Shown here piece after piece: positions 9,619-20,041 of a stretch of DNA of 64,000 nt. Source of the DNA: Acidimicrobiia bacterium. GTDB taxonomy: Bacteria; Actinomycetota; Acidimicrobiia; IMCC26256; DASPTH01. The stretch spans positions 930-64,929 of the forward strand of contig JAXLRL010000016.1 of NCBI GenBank assembly GCA_046331125.1. Direction: 5' to 3'. The translations under genes and the position numbers were made by a program. How positions within the stretch are numbered: the first letter of the stretch is position 1; every line of letters starts with the position of its first letter. Below the pieces are notes generated by a model, which saw only the letters and a program-made list of their open reading frames with translations, was not told the DNA's origin and searched no databases.

Positions 9619-10914
9619 TCAGCCGCCGGCGGGTGCCGCCGTGGTGGTGGGCGCCTCGGCCACGGCCGACGCACCGATGGTCTTCGACTGGACGGGCTTG
9701 CCGTCCTTCGGGAACAGCACGTACTTGCCGTTCTTCACCTGCACGTACCAGTTGCACTGGGTTGCCGGCGGCTTGCCGAAGTTCGTGAGGCTGATGTCGA
9801 TCGGCTGGCACGTGAGCCCGGCGCCGTCCCAGGTGCCGGCGTTGTGGAGCCCGTCGATGAAGCCCTGGCGGGTCGGCGTCTTCCCGGCCTCCTCGAGGCC
9901 CTTGATCGCCAGGTCGGCGGCCATGTACCCGGTGTACATGCCGTAGTCGGGCACGCCGGTGAACTTGGCGTACTTCTTCAGGTCGGACTGGAACTGCTTC
10001 GTCGCCGCGGTCTTCAGCTCCACCGGCGCGAACGTCGTCGACAGCAGCGTGTTCGGCCCGAGCGTCGATGCGATGGGCGAGTCGAGCAGGTCCTGGCCGT
10101 AGCCGGTGGCGAGCACGTTCGCCTTCATGTTCACGCCGTTCTGCGCCAGGCCCTGCACCACGGCGAAGTTCGTCGAGGCCACCATGGGCAGGTACACGGC
10201 GTCGGCGCCCGAGTTCTTGATCCCGAGCACGAGTGGACCGACGTCGGACGTGCCGAAGTCGACACTGGTGTTCGTGTAGACCGCCTTGAGCCCGGCCTCG
10301 GGCACCGCGAACTTCTGCAGGTTCGTCGCGGCCGCGCTCGACGACGCCGACGCGCCGTACGCGAGTGCTGCCACCTTCGTGGCGCCGAGCTTCTTCATGA
10401 CCTGCGGGATGTTGTCGGACGTCACGCCGTTCACCGGTGCGGCGTTGCCGAGCTGGGAGATGATGCTCTCGTTGCCCGGCTGGCCGTAGTACGTGCCGTC
10501 GAACCCGCCGCCGATCATCGGCACCTTGTTCTGCAGCAGGAAGCGGTACGACAGGAACGCGAACGACGAGTTGTTCACGACCGCGAACACGTTCTGGTTC
10601 TGCACCAGGTCCTGCGCGCCGGTGAGGTTCGCACCCGACGACTGGTCGTCGACGATCTCGGTCTCGATCTTCCGGCCGTTCACACCACCCGCGGCGTTCT
10701 GCGCGTCGATGCGGGCCTGGAACGCCTTGCCCGAGTTCTTGAACGTCGAACCCGCGACACCGGTCTGCGAGAAGATGTACCCGAGCTTGATCGTCTTGTC
10801 GGTGACGCCGGGGTCGTTGGCGTCGGCGCCACGTGCCACCCCCGCCGTCCCGAGAGCCATCGCCGTGGTCACCACGAGCGTGACGGTCAGCCTCTTCATG
10901 CCGAGCTTGCGCAT
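9619..10914 (-). CDS. ABC transporter substrate-binding protein (Liv/HAAT family)
   Basis: MRKLGMKRLTVTLVVTTAMALGTAGVARGADAND signal peptide, then IKLGYIFSQTGVAG...GGVNGRKIE. This is the internal start of ORF 9619..11295. Confidence 0.85.
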   Translation of the reverse strand: MRKLGMKRLTVTLVVTTAMALGTAGVARGADANDPGVTDKTIKLGYIFSQTGVAGSTFKNSGKAFQARIDAQNAAGGVNGRKIETEIVDDQSSGANLTGAQDLVQNQNVFAVVNNSSFAFLSYRFLLQNKVPMIGGGFDGTYYGQPGNESIISQLGNAAPVNGVTSDNIPQVMKKLGATKVAALAYGASASSSAAATNLQKFAVPEAGLKAVYTNTSVDFGTSDVGPLVLGIKNSGADAVYLPMVASTNFAVVQGLAQNGVNMKANVLATGYGQDLLDSPIASTLGPNTLLSTTFAPVELKTAATKQFQSDLKKYAKFTGVPDYGMYTGYMAADLAIKGLEEAGKTPTRQGFIDGLHNAGTWDGAGLTCQPIDISLTNFGKPPATQCNWYVQVKNGKYVLFPKDGKPVQSKTIGASAVAEAPTTTAAPAGG

Positions 10915-11038
10915 CCGTTCCCCCCAGATCGGTGCTCGTTGTACGGATCTTGCCGTTGCTGCCCTCCGTCGTGCCGGCACGGTAACCCAGCCGGCCCCTC
11001 CGTGGTGCGCGGCCCCCGGCCACGCGACACGTGTCAGG

Positions 11039-11755
11039 TCATGCTCGGCCGCCTCGCCCAGGTAGCGGTCGAGCACCTCCTGCTCGGCACCCGCGGCCGG
11101 ACCGGCCCAGGCGACCTCGCCCTGCTTCAGGATCACCGCGCTGGTGGCCAGGGCCAGTGCGGTGCACGAACTGCTCGATGAGCACGACGGCTTGCCGCTG
11201 CGCGCCGCCGCCTCCAGGTTCTCGAAGACGGAGTCGACGACGAGCGGCGCCAGCCCGAGCGACATCTCGTCGGCGACGACGAGTCGCGGCGGCACCGCCA
11301 GCGCCGCGCGAGCGCCAGCATCTGCTGCTCACCGCCCGACAGCGATCCTGCGCGCTGCGACCGACGGTCGGCGAGCACGGGGAACAGCTCGAACGCCCGG
11401 GCGATCGCCGGCGCGCGCCGCCTGTTCGTGCCCACCCGCCGGACCGCCATCCGGAGGTTCTCCTGCACGGTGAGGCCGGGGAACACGCCGCGCCTCCGGG
11501 ATGTGCACGAGTCCGGCGCGCCGGATCCGGTGGGTCCGGCCAGTTCGTGGTGTCCTCGCCCCCGAATTCGATGCGGCCCGACTCGACGGGCACGAGCCCC
11601 GAGACGGCGCGGGCGAGCGTGCTCTTCCCGGCGCCGTTCGCGCCCAGCACCGCGGTGACCGAACCCTCGGGCACCTCGATGGACACGCCGAACAGCGCCT
11701 CGACCGACGCGTACCGCACGCGCAGGTCCGTGACCGACAGCAGCGTGCCGCTCAT
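11039..11755 (-). pseudogene. LivF-type ABC ATPase with at least 4 internal frameshifts
   Basis: Walker A (VLGANGAGKST) lies in the frame of ORF 11039..14536. LSGGEQQMLALAR lies in ORF 11133..11762. LVVADEMSLGLAP and the YLGEAAE tail lie in ORF 9619..11295. AVVLIEQFVHR is back in the first frame. Confidence 0.75.
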
Positions 11756-12558
11756 TGCCCACCTCCGCCCGTGCCGACCACCGCTTCGTCGTCGCCGAGG
11801 TACGCGGCGCGCACGGCGGGGTCGTTGCGGATCTCGTCGGGGGTGCCCGACGAGATCCGGCGCCCGAAGTCGAGGACCGACACCGAGCTCGACAACCCGA
11901 GCACCATCGCGACGTCGTGCTCCACGAGCAGCATCGACACCTTCTCCTCGGCCACGACCGTCTGCAGGGCCCGGGCGAGTTGCACGCTCTCGACCGCGTC
12001 GAGCCCCGACGAGGGTTCGTCGAGGAGCACGATCGACGGCGACGTCGCGAGCGCCCGCGCGACCTCGACGCGACGCGAGGTGCCGAGCGACAGCGACGCG
12101 GCCGGCGTGTCGGCGAACCGGGTGAGCGCCAGCAGGTCGAGCAGCTGGTCCACCCGCTCCCGTTCGGCGGGCGACTGGCGGTGCAGTGCGCCGGCGGTCA
12201 ACAGGTCGCTCCAGAGCCGGGCCCGCTCGTTGCGGACGCGGTAGCCGAGCACCACGTGCTCGCGCACCGTCAGGCCGGCGAACAGCTCCAACTGCTGGAA
12301 GGTCCGGGCCAGGCCGAGGCGGGCGCGCTTCGACGGCGAGCTGCGGGTGACGCGCCGACCGGCGAGGAGCACGTCGCCGGCCTGGGGGCGCAGCAACCCC
12401 GAGAGCACGCCGAAGAGCGTCGTCTTCCCGGCGCCGTTGGGCCCGACGAGCCCCACGATCGTCGCCGGGGGCACGGAGATGTCGACCTCCGACAGCGCGA
12501 CCAGGCCGCCGAAGCGGACGGTGACGCCGCGTGCCTCGAGGACGGGGGCGTCGCTCAC
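11752..12558 (-). CDS. LivG-type ABC ATPase
   Basis: Intact 268-aa ORF with GPNGAGKTT, LSLGTSRRVEVARAL and VLLDEPSSGLD. ATGA overlap with the downstream ATPase. Confidence 0.85.
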   Translation of the reverse strand: MSDAPVLEARGVTVRFGGLVALSEVDISVPPATIVGLVGPNGAGKTTLFGVLSGLLRPQAGDVLLAGRRVTRSSPSKRARLGLARTFQQLELFAGLTVREHVVLGYRVRNERARLWSDLLTAGALHRQSPAERERVDQLLDLLALTRFADTPAASLSLGTSRRVEVARALATSPSIVLLDEPSSGLDAVESVQLARALQTVVAEEKVSMLLVEHDVAMVLGLSSSVSVLDFGRRISSGTPDEIRNDPAVRAAYLGDDEAVVGTGGGGQ

Positions 12559-14536
12559 GAGCCCGCTCCTTCGGGAGCCGGGACGACGGGGCCCGGCGGA
12601 TCACCCGTCGCGGGTTCCCTGGTGGAGGACAGTCGCGCCGCAGCACGCGTTGCGCCTGCATCGCCTGCATGTGCACGGTGCCCTCGGGATTCTTGGCGAG
12701 CATGATCGCACCGAGCCCGAACAGCAGCACCGGGATCGCGGCCCAGGTGGACCCCACGTACTTCTGGAAGAGCACCGGCGTCATCACGAACGCAATCGCG
12801 GCGAGCAGCGCCGCGATGTTCGAGCGCACGCCGAAGCTCACGAGCACCGCGAGCCACGCGAGTCCGAAGAGGGTCGCGAAGTCGCCGGGGATCGCCTGCT
12901 GGTGCATGCTCGCGTAGAGCCCGCCGCCCACGCCCGCCACGAACGCCGCGAGGCCGGCCACGATGAGCTTCATCTGCAGCACGCTCAGGCCCATGGTGCG
13001 CGACGCGTTCTCGCTCCAGCGCACGGCGCCGAGCGCGAGGCCGGTGGTGGACCGGCGCAGGTTCACGATGAGCACGGCGAAGATCGCGAACACGCCGAGG
13101 GAGAAGAGCACGAACGCCTGGTCCGACGTCGCGAAGTCGGGGCGCGCGACCGCGATGCCGGCGCCGAACTGCGAGAAGTCCTTCAGGTTGAAGACGAGTT
13201 GCTCCATGAGCAGCCCGAAGGTGAGCGTGACCAGCGCGACGTAGAGGTTGCCGAGGCGGATGGTGAGCGCGCCGATGAGCAGGCCGATCGCCGCCGCGAC
13301 CACCCCGCCGGCGACGATCGCCAGGAGCAGCGGCCACCCGTGCTCGGTGGCGAGCTGCCCGGTGGTCAGCGCGCCCACGCCGGCGAACGTGATCTGGCAG
13401 AGCCAGAGCATGCCGCCCTCGCCGGTGACCAGCGTGTACGACAGGAACACCACGGCGAGCGCGACGGCGGTGCCGAGCAGCCCGAGCCAGAAGGGCGCGA
13501 GCACGAACACGAGCAGGCATACGACGCCGAACAACACGACGGGGAACCCGAAGTTCAACCGCGGGTACGGGTTGTCCACGCCGGCGGCCGCGCCGAGCCG
13601 GCTCCCCCCGTTCGGGGTGATCGCCCGGTCGAGCGCGCCGCCGACGGCGTCGGCCTCGTTGACCCGACCCGACCGCGCGATGTTGTAGACGAGCGACAGG
13701 ACCACGAACACGAACGGGATGCTCGGGATCACCTTCGCGGTGAACTCGCTGTCGGGCGGCAGGTAGTACTGCAGGAGGCTGCTCGCGATGCCCATCAGCA
13801 GGCCGACGGTGACCGCGATCGGCAGGCTGCGCAGCCGGGCGGCGATCACGGCCGCGAACGCCGCCGCGGTCAACAACACGAACTTGCTCGAGTCCAGCCC
13901 GATCAACGGTGCGGCGAGGATCCCCGCGAGCCCGGCGAGGAACGTCGCGACCATCCACACCCCGGCCGCCGTGCGCGACGGGTCGCTGCCCGACAACGAC
14001 GTCATCGCCTGCGAGTCGACCATGGCCCGGACACTCAGGCCGGCGCTGGTGAAGCGCAGGATCAACGCTCCGGCCACCACGATCACGAGGAGGGACGCGT
14101 ACGCGATGAGCTGGTCCTGCGTCACCGCGGTGTCGAACACCGTGTACACCTTCACCGGCACCGGCGCGAGCCCCTGCGCCTGGAAGATCTGATCGGTGCC
14201 GAACACGAGGTCGACGATCGGCAGGATCATCACGGAGAGGCCGATCGTGACGACGACCTTGATCAACTGCGGTGCGAGCCGCAGGTGCCGGAAGATCAGG
14301 ACGTAGAGCAACAGGCCGATCGCGGGCGAGATCACGAACAGGCACAGCCCGGCCGAGAGCAGGATCCCCCAGCCCTTCTCCACGTGCATCCAGTAGTAGG
14401 TGCGCGCCACGAAGAAGGCGAGCGACCCGAACGCGAAGTTCAGGATGCCGGTCGACACGTAGGTGACGACGAGCCCGGAGGCGGCGAGCGCGTAGATGCT
14501 CCCCAGCACGAGCCCCGCAACGATGAACTGCAGCAC
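12555..14536 (-). pseudogene. Fused LivH/LivM-type ABC permease, one frameshift near 12650
   Basis: GTG 14536 after a GGGGGG RBS. About 630 aa of two tandem permease domains in one frame. The tail ...EPATGDPPGPVVPAPEGAGS and its stop (a GTGA overlap with the livG-like start) lie in the frame of ORF 12555..14567. Confidence 0.75.
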
Positions 14537-14583
14537 GTTCAGCCCCCCAGCTGTCCGGCTCGAGCAATGTGAGGTGTGGAACG

Positions 14584-14597
14584 GAGGGCGCGCCCTC
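14584..14597. terminator. GC palindrome GAGGGCGCGCCCTC just downstream of the amidohydrolase stop
   Basis: A perfect 14-nt palindrome, 8 nt 3' of the TAG at 14607-14605. Confidence 0.3.
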
Positions 14598-14604
14598 TGT
14601 CGTG

Positions 14605-15891
14605 CTACTCGGTCATGCGGTGTGCGTCAGACGTCTGCGCGGCGAGGTCGGTGGCGAGCGTGCCCCGGGCCTTCGTGCCGAAGGATCGCTGGCTGATGTC
14701 CCAGTCGGCCGCCTTGGCGCGCAGCGCACCGACGGTGCACTGATCCTTCGGGATCACCGAGAACGGGTCGTACTGGAAGATCCGCATCGCATTCTCGTGG
14801 GTGATCTTGCGGATCTCGTCGTCGGGCACACCGTCGAGGCTCTTCATCAGCGCCTCGGGCGACGTGGGCCACGTGCTGTCGGAGTGCGGGTAGTCGCACT
14901 CCCACGTGATGTTGTCGAGGTTCAGGCGATGCCGGCTCTCCACGCCGAACGGGTCCTCGATGAAGCACGTGACGACGTGCTCGTGGAACACCTGCGACGG
15001 CAGCTTGTCGCCGAAGTCCTGGCCGGTCCACCGGTGGTGCTTCTCGTACGTGCTGTCGATCCGCTCCATCACGTAGGGGATCCAGCCGATGCCGCCCTCG
15101 GAGAGCGCGAACGTGAGGTCGGGGAACTTGCGGAAGATGGGTGACCAGATGAGGTCGGCCGCGGCCTGCACGAGGTTGATCGGCTGCAGGGAGATGAGCA
15201 CGTCCATCGGCGCGTCGGGCGCGGTGATCACCAACTGCGACGACGACCCGATGTGCAGGCACACGACGGTGCCCTCGTCTTCGCACGCCTTCCAGAACGG
15301 GTCCCAGTGGTCGGAGTGCAGCGACGGGTAGCCGAGCTTCGACGGGTTCTCCGAGAACGTGACCGCGTGGCAGCCCTTCGCCGCGTTGCGCTTCACCTCG
15401 GCCGCGAGGAGCTCGGGATCCCAGATCGGCGGGATCATCAACGGGATCATCCGACCGGGGTGCGTGCCGCACCACTCGTCGATGTGCCAGTCGTTGTAGG
15501 CGCGCACCATCGCGATCGCCTGGTCCTTGTCCTCGGTGCGCGCGAAGAGCTGGCCGGCGAAGTGCACGAACGACGGGAAGTTCATCGAGCCGAGCACACC
15601 GTTGGCGTCCATGTCGCGGATGCGGGCGTCGATGTCGTAGCAGCCGGGGCGGATCTCCTCGAGCGAGGTCGGCTCCATGCCGTACTCCTCGGGCGGCCGG
15701 CCCGCCACCGCGTTGAGACCGATGTTGGGCATCACGTTGCCCTCGTAGGTCCACACGTCGGTGCCGTCGTCGAGGTGCACGAACTTCGGCGCCGCGTCGA
15801 CGTACTTGGCGGGGAGGCGCCCTTCGAAGAGGTGCGCGGGCTCCACCACGTGGTCGTCGACGCTCACCAGGATCAGGTCTTCGATCTGCAT
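14605..15891 (-). CDS. Amidohydrolase_2 (ACMSD/decarboxylase-like) family metal-dependent hydrolase
   Basis: 428-aa ORF with VSVDDHVVEP (HxH-like start), CLHIGSS, and WECDYPHSDSTWP near the C-terminus. Confidence 0.8.
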   Translation of the reverse strand: MQIEDLILVSVDDHVVEPAHLFEGRLPAKYVDAAPKFVHLDDGTDVWTYEGNVMPNIGLNAVAGRPPEEYGMEPTSLEEIRPGCYDIDARIRDMDANGVLGSMNFPSFVHFAGQLFARTEDKDQAIAMVRAYNDWHIDEWCGTHPGRMIPLMIPPIWDPELLAAEVKRNAAKGCHAVTFSENPSKLGYPSLHSDHWDPFWKACEDEGTVVCLHIGSSSQLVITAPDAPMDVLISLQPINLVQAAADLIWSPIFRKFPDLTFALSEGGIGWIPYVMERIDSTYEKHHRWTGQDFGDKLPSQVFHEHVVTCFIEDPFGVESRHRLNLDNITWECDYPHSDSTWPTSPEALMKSLDGVPDDEIRKITHENAMRIFQYDPFSVIPKDQCTVGALRAKAADWDISQRSFGTKARGTLATDLAAQTSDAHRMTE

Positions 15892-16062
15892 CCGGAGTTC
15901 CCCCTGAGTCGCAGCGCAGTCGCTGGTCCCTCGAACTTAGACGGAGTACAGAAACTGATCAATGGCCCCTTGGTCGCGGTTCCGGTCGCGCTCCCGAGCG
16001 ACCCTGAAGCGAACCTGAGAAGCGGGCGGAACCGGCGGAACTCCGACCTCCGTTCCTGTTGC

Positions 16063-17439
16063 ATGACCACACACGAGGGCGCGCTGACCAAGCAGCGCAT
16101 CAGGAAGTTCGTGGCCGCCGTCACGGCGACCACGCTCGCCGGGATGCTCACGCTCGCCACCGGGGTCGGTGTCGCGCAGGCGCAGACCGGGAAGACCTAC
16201 GACGCGTCGGTGACCGAGACCATCGCCGACATCCAGTCGTACTGGAGCAACACCATGCCCGACGTCTACGGCATGCAGTACGAGGCGATCCCGGCCGACC
16301 GGGTGTTCCCGTACAGCGAGAGCAACCCGCCGCCGAACTGTGAGGACGGCGGCCGCACGACCACGCCCTACAAGGAGATCGCGGGCAACGCGTTCTACTG
16401 CAGCAACGGTGACTTCGTCGCCTACGACGAGCAGGGCCTCATCCCCGAGCTGCGCTCGAAGTACGGCGAGTTCGCGGTGGGTCTCGTGTTCGCCCACGAG
16501 CTGGGGCACGCCATCCAGGCCCGGGTGAACTACAACCCGAGCGCGTCCGTGTACCTCGAGCAGCAGGCCGACTGCTTCGCCGGGTCCTGGGCGCAGCACG
16601 TGGCCTCGAGCGACGACTCGAACGTGCACCTCTCGAAGGACGACCTCGACGTCGCCCTTGCCGGTCTGCTCGCCCTGCGTGACCCGTCGGGCATCGACGG
16701 TTCGCAGGACGGCGCGCACGGCAACGGCTTCGACCGGGTGAGCGCGTTCCAGGACGGCTACGAGGGCGGCGCGCAGGCGTGCGCCGACTACGAGAACAAC
16801 CCGCCGACCGTCACCGAGAGCGCCTACACGAGCCAGTCCGACTACGACAACAGCGGCAACCTGTCGATGAGCGAGCTGCTCCCGCTGGTGACCGACAGCA
16901 TGAAGTCCTACTGGACGAACGCGACGTCGAAGTTCACCGGCACGACGAAGATCGTGGCCGGCGACCCGACCGATGCGGCCGACCGCTGCAGCAGCGGTGA
17001 CGCCGGTGCGCTCGACGACACAGCCGTGTACTGCGCCGCCACCGACACCATCACCTACGACGCACAGGCACTGGCGTCGGAGTACGAGTCGATCGGCGAC
17101 TTCGCCCCGGCGGTGCTGCTCGCCACCGAGTACGCGGCGTCGGTGCAGCACTCGCTCGGACGTGACGTGCAGAGTGCCGCCGGCCGCAGCGCCTCGGTGT
17201 GCCTCGCCGGTGCCTGGGCCGCCAACGTCGGCAACGAGACGGGCAGCAGCTCGCAGGCGTCGAGCCTGTCGCCCGGCGACCTCGACGAGGCCATCTCCGC
17301 CCTCGTCGCCAGCCGCAGCGGCAACGTCGACCGCGGCAGTGCCTTCGACCGGGTGTCCGCCTTCCGCAAGGGATTCCACGACGGCCCGTCGGCGTGTGTG
17401 AAGACCACCGCCGCGGCCCACAAGACGACGAAGGTGTAA
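16063..17439 (+). CDS. Secreted neutral zinc metallopeptidase-like protein with an internally duplicated domain
   Basis: ATG 16063. Signal-like AAVTATTLAGMLTLATGVGVAQA. HELGH at 16495-16509. The second half repeats the fold but reads TEYAA at the same position. Confidence 0.7.
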   Translation: MTTHEGALTKQRIRKFVAAVTATTLAGMLTLATGVGVAQAQTGKTYDASVTETIADIQSYWSNTMPDVYGMQYEAIPADRVFPYSESNPPPNCEDGGRTTTPYKEIAGNAFYCSNGDFVAYDEQGLIPELRSKYGEFAVGLVFAHELGHAIQARVNYNPSASVYLEQQADCFAGSWAQHVASSDDSNVHLSKDDLDVALAGLLALRDPSGIDGSQDGAHGNGFDRVSAFQDGYEGGAQACADYENNPPTVTESAYTSQSDYDNSGNLSMSELLPLVTDSMKSYWTNATSKFTGTTKIVAGDPTDAADRCSSGDAGALDDTAVYCAATDTITYDAQALASEYESIGDFAPAVLLATEYAASVQHSLGRDVQSAAGRSASVCLAGAWAANVGNETGSSSQASSLSPGDLDEAISALVASRSGNVDRGSAFDRVSAFRKGFHDGPSACVKTTAAAHKTTKV

Positions 17440-17610
17440 GCCCTCACACCTCGTCAGGGTCGGTCTCCCGGAATGCCCTCCTGGGGGACCGTCGAAGGGC
17501 CGGGTGCCGCACGCACCCGGCCCTTCACCTTTAACCTCGCTCTTACACGTGTGCGTTACAACGTCGACGTGACGGACGTGCGCTCGGTCGAGACGAAGCG
17601 GGGCGAGACG

Positions 17611-18327
17611 ATGGCGAACCACGGGACCCCTCCTGCGCACGGCCGTGTGCTGGTCGCCGAGGACGACCGCAGCGTGCGCGACTCGCTCGTGCGGGCGCTC
17701 ACGTTCGAGGGGTACGAGGTGCACACGGCCACCGACGGCGCCGAGGCACTGCTCGCCACCGTCGAGACCGATCCCGACGTCATCGTGCTCGACGTGCTCA
17801 TGCCCAACGTCGACGGCCTCACCGCGTGTCGCAAGCTCCGCGAGCGCGGCGACCGCACGCCGGTGCTGATGCTCACCGCGCGCCACGAGGTGAGCGACCG
17901 CGTCGCCGGCCTCGACGCCGGGGCCGACGACTACCTCGTCAAGCCGTTCGCGCTCTACGAACTGCTCGCCCGCCTGCGCGCCCTGCTGCGCCGCGGCAGC
18001 GTGGCGGGTGACGACGACGGCGACTCCCTGCGGGTCGGCGACCTCACCCTCGATCCCGCCCGGCGTCAGGTGCACCGTGCCGGGCGCGAGCTCGAGCTCA
18101 CCAAGACCGAGTTCGACCTCCTCGAGCTCCTCATGTACAACGCGGGCATCGTGCTCACGCGCGATCAGATCTACGAGCGCATCTGGGGCTTCGACTTCGA
18201 GACGTCGTCGAAGTCGCTCGACGTGTACATCAGCTACCTCCGGCGCAAGACCGAGGAGGCCGGCGAGTCGCGTCTCATCCACACCGTGCGCGGCGTGGGG
18301 TACGTGGCGCGCGAGTCCCAGGCGTAG
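17611..18327 (+). CDS. OmpR-family response regulator
   Basis: [31 protein letters not shown] receiver domain, followed by a winged-helix domain ([18 protein letters not shown]). Confidence 0.9.
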   Translation: MANHGTPPAHGRVLVAEDDRSVRDSLVRALTFEGYEVHTATDGAEALLATVETDPDVIVLDVLMPNVDGLTACRKLRERGDRTPVLMLTARHEVSDRVAGLDAGADDYLVKPFALYELLARLRALLRRGSVAGDDDGDSLRVGDLTLDPARRQVHRAGRELELTKTEFDLLELLMYNAGIVLTRDQIYERIWGFDFETSSKSLDVYISYLRRKTEEAGESRLIHTVRGVGYVARESQA

Positions 18328-18329
18328 CC

Positions 18330-19745
18330 GTGTCGCTCCGCACCAAGCTCACGCTGACCGTCGCCGCGATCGTCGCGGTCGCGGTGTTCGGCGGCGCGTA
18401 CGCCGCGCACGTGAGCGCGGGCAACGCGCTGCGTGACGAGACCGACAAGTTCCTGGCGCAGCGTGCAGCCGAGTTCGTCGCCCGGCCCCCGGGCGCCGCG
18501 TTCGGTGCCACCACCACGTCGGTGCCCGCCACCACGGTGACGACCGTCGCCCCCGCCCCGCGCGACGACTCCGACCACGAGCACGACGACGACGAGGGCC
18601 CGGGCCGCTACTTCGACTACGACGCCGTGCAACAGACGGTCGGGGGCGACGGCACCGTGACCCAGTTCTCGGCGGCGCAACCGAAGTTGCCCGTCGACCG
18701 CGAGGACAAGCAGATCGCCACCAGCGGCGACGGCACGCGCTACCGCGATGTCACGGTCAAGGGCGATCAGTACCGGATGGTCACCCAGGGTCTCGGTCAG
18801 GGCAACGGCGCCGTGCAGATCGCCCGTCGCGTGCAGGAGACCCACGACGTCCTCGACGTGCTGCGCAACAAGCTGCTCCTGATCGCGCTCGTCGGCGTCG
18901 GTGCCGCCGCGATCATCGCCTGGTTCGTGGGGCGCAGCATCACCAAGCCGATCCGGCGCCTCACCCAGACCGCCGAGCACGTCGCGCAGACCCAGGACCT
19001 CACCACGCCGATCCCGGTGCAGGGCGACGACGAGGTCGGTCGCCTCGCGGCGAGCTTCAACACGATGCTGGTCGCGCTCGACACGTCACGCCAGCAGCAG
19101 CAACGCCTCATCCAGGACGCCAGCCACGAGCTGCGCACGCCCCTCACCGCGGTGCGCACCAACATCGAGTTCCTCGCCCACGCGCCCACGCTCCCGGCCG
19201 ACGACCGCGCGCAACTGCTCGAGGAGACGCGCCTCGAGCTCGACGAGCTCACCAACCTGGTGAGCGAGATGGTCGACCTCGCCACCGACGTCCGCAGCGA
19301 GGAACCCGTCGAGACGGTCGACCTCGGCGACGTCGCCGGCGAGGTCGTGCAGCGCTACCGCCGGCGCACCGGCCGCGAGATCACCCTCGCCGACGACGGC
19401 GCAGGCACGGTGCAGGGCCGACGCTCCATGCTCGACCGCGCCGTGTCGAACCTCGTCGACAACGCGCTCAAGTTCAGCCCCGGCGACGCACCCGTCGACG
19501 TGTCCGTGCACGGCGTCCGCATCGAGGTCGCCGACCGTGGCCCCGGCGTCGACGGCGACGACCGCACCCGCGTGTTCGACCGCTTCTACCGGGCCACCAG
19601 CGCCCGCACCCTGCCCGGCTCCGGTCTCGGTCTGTCGATCGTCTCCCAGATCGCCGAGCTGCACGGTGGCCGGGCCGCGCTCGAGCCCCGTGAGGGCGGC
19701 GGCACCGTCGCGGTGATCGACCTCACCGCGCGGAAGTCACGCTGA
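18330..19745 (+). CDS. Sensor histidine kinase (HAMP plus HisKA plus HATPase)
   Basis: GTG start 2 nt after the regulator stop. Carries a TM helix, the H-box SHELRTPLTAV, and a G-box GSGLGLSIV. Confidence 0.9.
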   Translation: MSLRTKLTLTVAAIVAVAVFGGAYAAHVSAGNALRDETDKFLAQRAAEFVARPPGAAFGATTTSVPATTVTTVAPAPRDDSDHEHDDDEGPGRYFDYDAVQQTVGGDGTVTQFSAAQPKLPVDREDKQIATSGDGTRYRDVTVKGDQYRMVTQGLGQGNGAVQIARRVQETHDVLDVLRNKLLLIALVGVGAAAIIAWFVGRSITKPIRRLTQTAEHVAQTQDLTTPIPVQGDDEVGRLAASFNTMLVALDTSRQQQQRLIQDASHELRTPLTAVRTNIEFLAHAPTLPADDRAQLLEETRLELDELTNLVSEMVDLATDVRSEEPVETVDLGDVAGEVVQRYRRRTGREITLADDGAGTVQGRRSMLDRAVSNLVDNALKFSPGDAPVDVSVHGVRIEVADRGPGVDGDDRTRVFDRFYRATSARTLPGSGLGLSIVSQIAELHGGRAALEPREGGGTVAVIDLTARKSR

Positions 19746-19909
19746 CCCGGAAAATTGCCGGTCGCGGGAATCCTCGGCGTTCTTGCCAGGTTCTAAGGGT
19801 CACCAAACGCTGCTCTCACCTTCGGTCGAGATACTGAAGATGTTCCCGAAGATCCGGGACAGGGCATCCGAGAGAAGCCCTGGCAGCGAAGAACTGACAA
19901 ACGAGATGT

Positions 19910-20041
19910 GTGCCGGCGCCACTGGCGCCCCCCACGGTGGCGCCGGCACTGAATCGAGCTCCCCGGGAGTCCCCGCACAGCCCGGGGGAGCGAGCGCCGG
20001 ACACGCCGGCACCACCGTCCCCTCCCTCCGGTGGTGCCGGC
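19910..20041 (+). ncRNA. Candidate 6C-like small RNA: three strong hairpins with C-rich loops
   Basis: Stems 19910-22/19937-49 (13 bp, loop UGGCGCCCCCCACG), 19958-67/19981-91 (loop AGUCCCCGCACAG) and 20005-16/20030-41 (12 bp, loop GUCCCCUCCCUCC). No credible ORF. Confidence 0.35.

Noticed and set aside
8299-11181. 960-aa + strand ORF suggesting a huge fusion protein.
   Set aside because: Only the first roughly 340 aa (P450) are meaningful. The rest arises because frameshifts remove the P450 stop and the frame happens to stay open antisense to the binding-protein gene.
11039-14536. 1165-aa minus-strand ORF.
   Set aside because: It is real permease sequence fused by chance to out-of-frame read-through across the LivG-like gene and part of the LivF-like gene. 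The permease's own coupled stop is at 12555 in another frame.
4728-15891. Integrated genomic island or prophage at tRNA-Lys.
   Set aside because: I could see no integrase, no excisionase, no direct repeat of the tRNA 3' end, and no GC shift. I kept it only as a low-interest synteny question.
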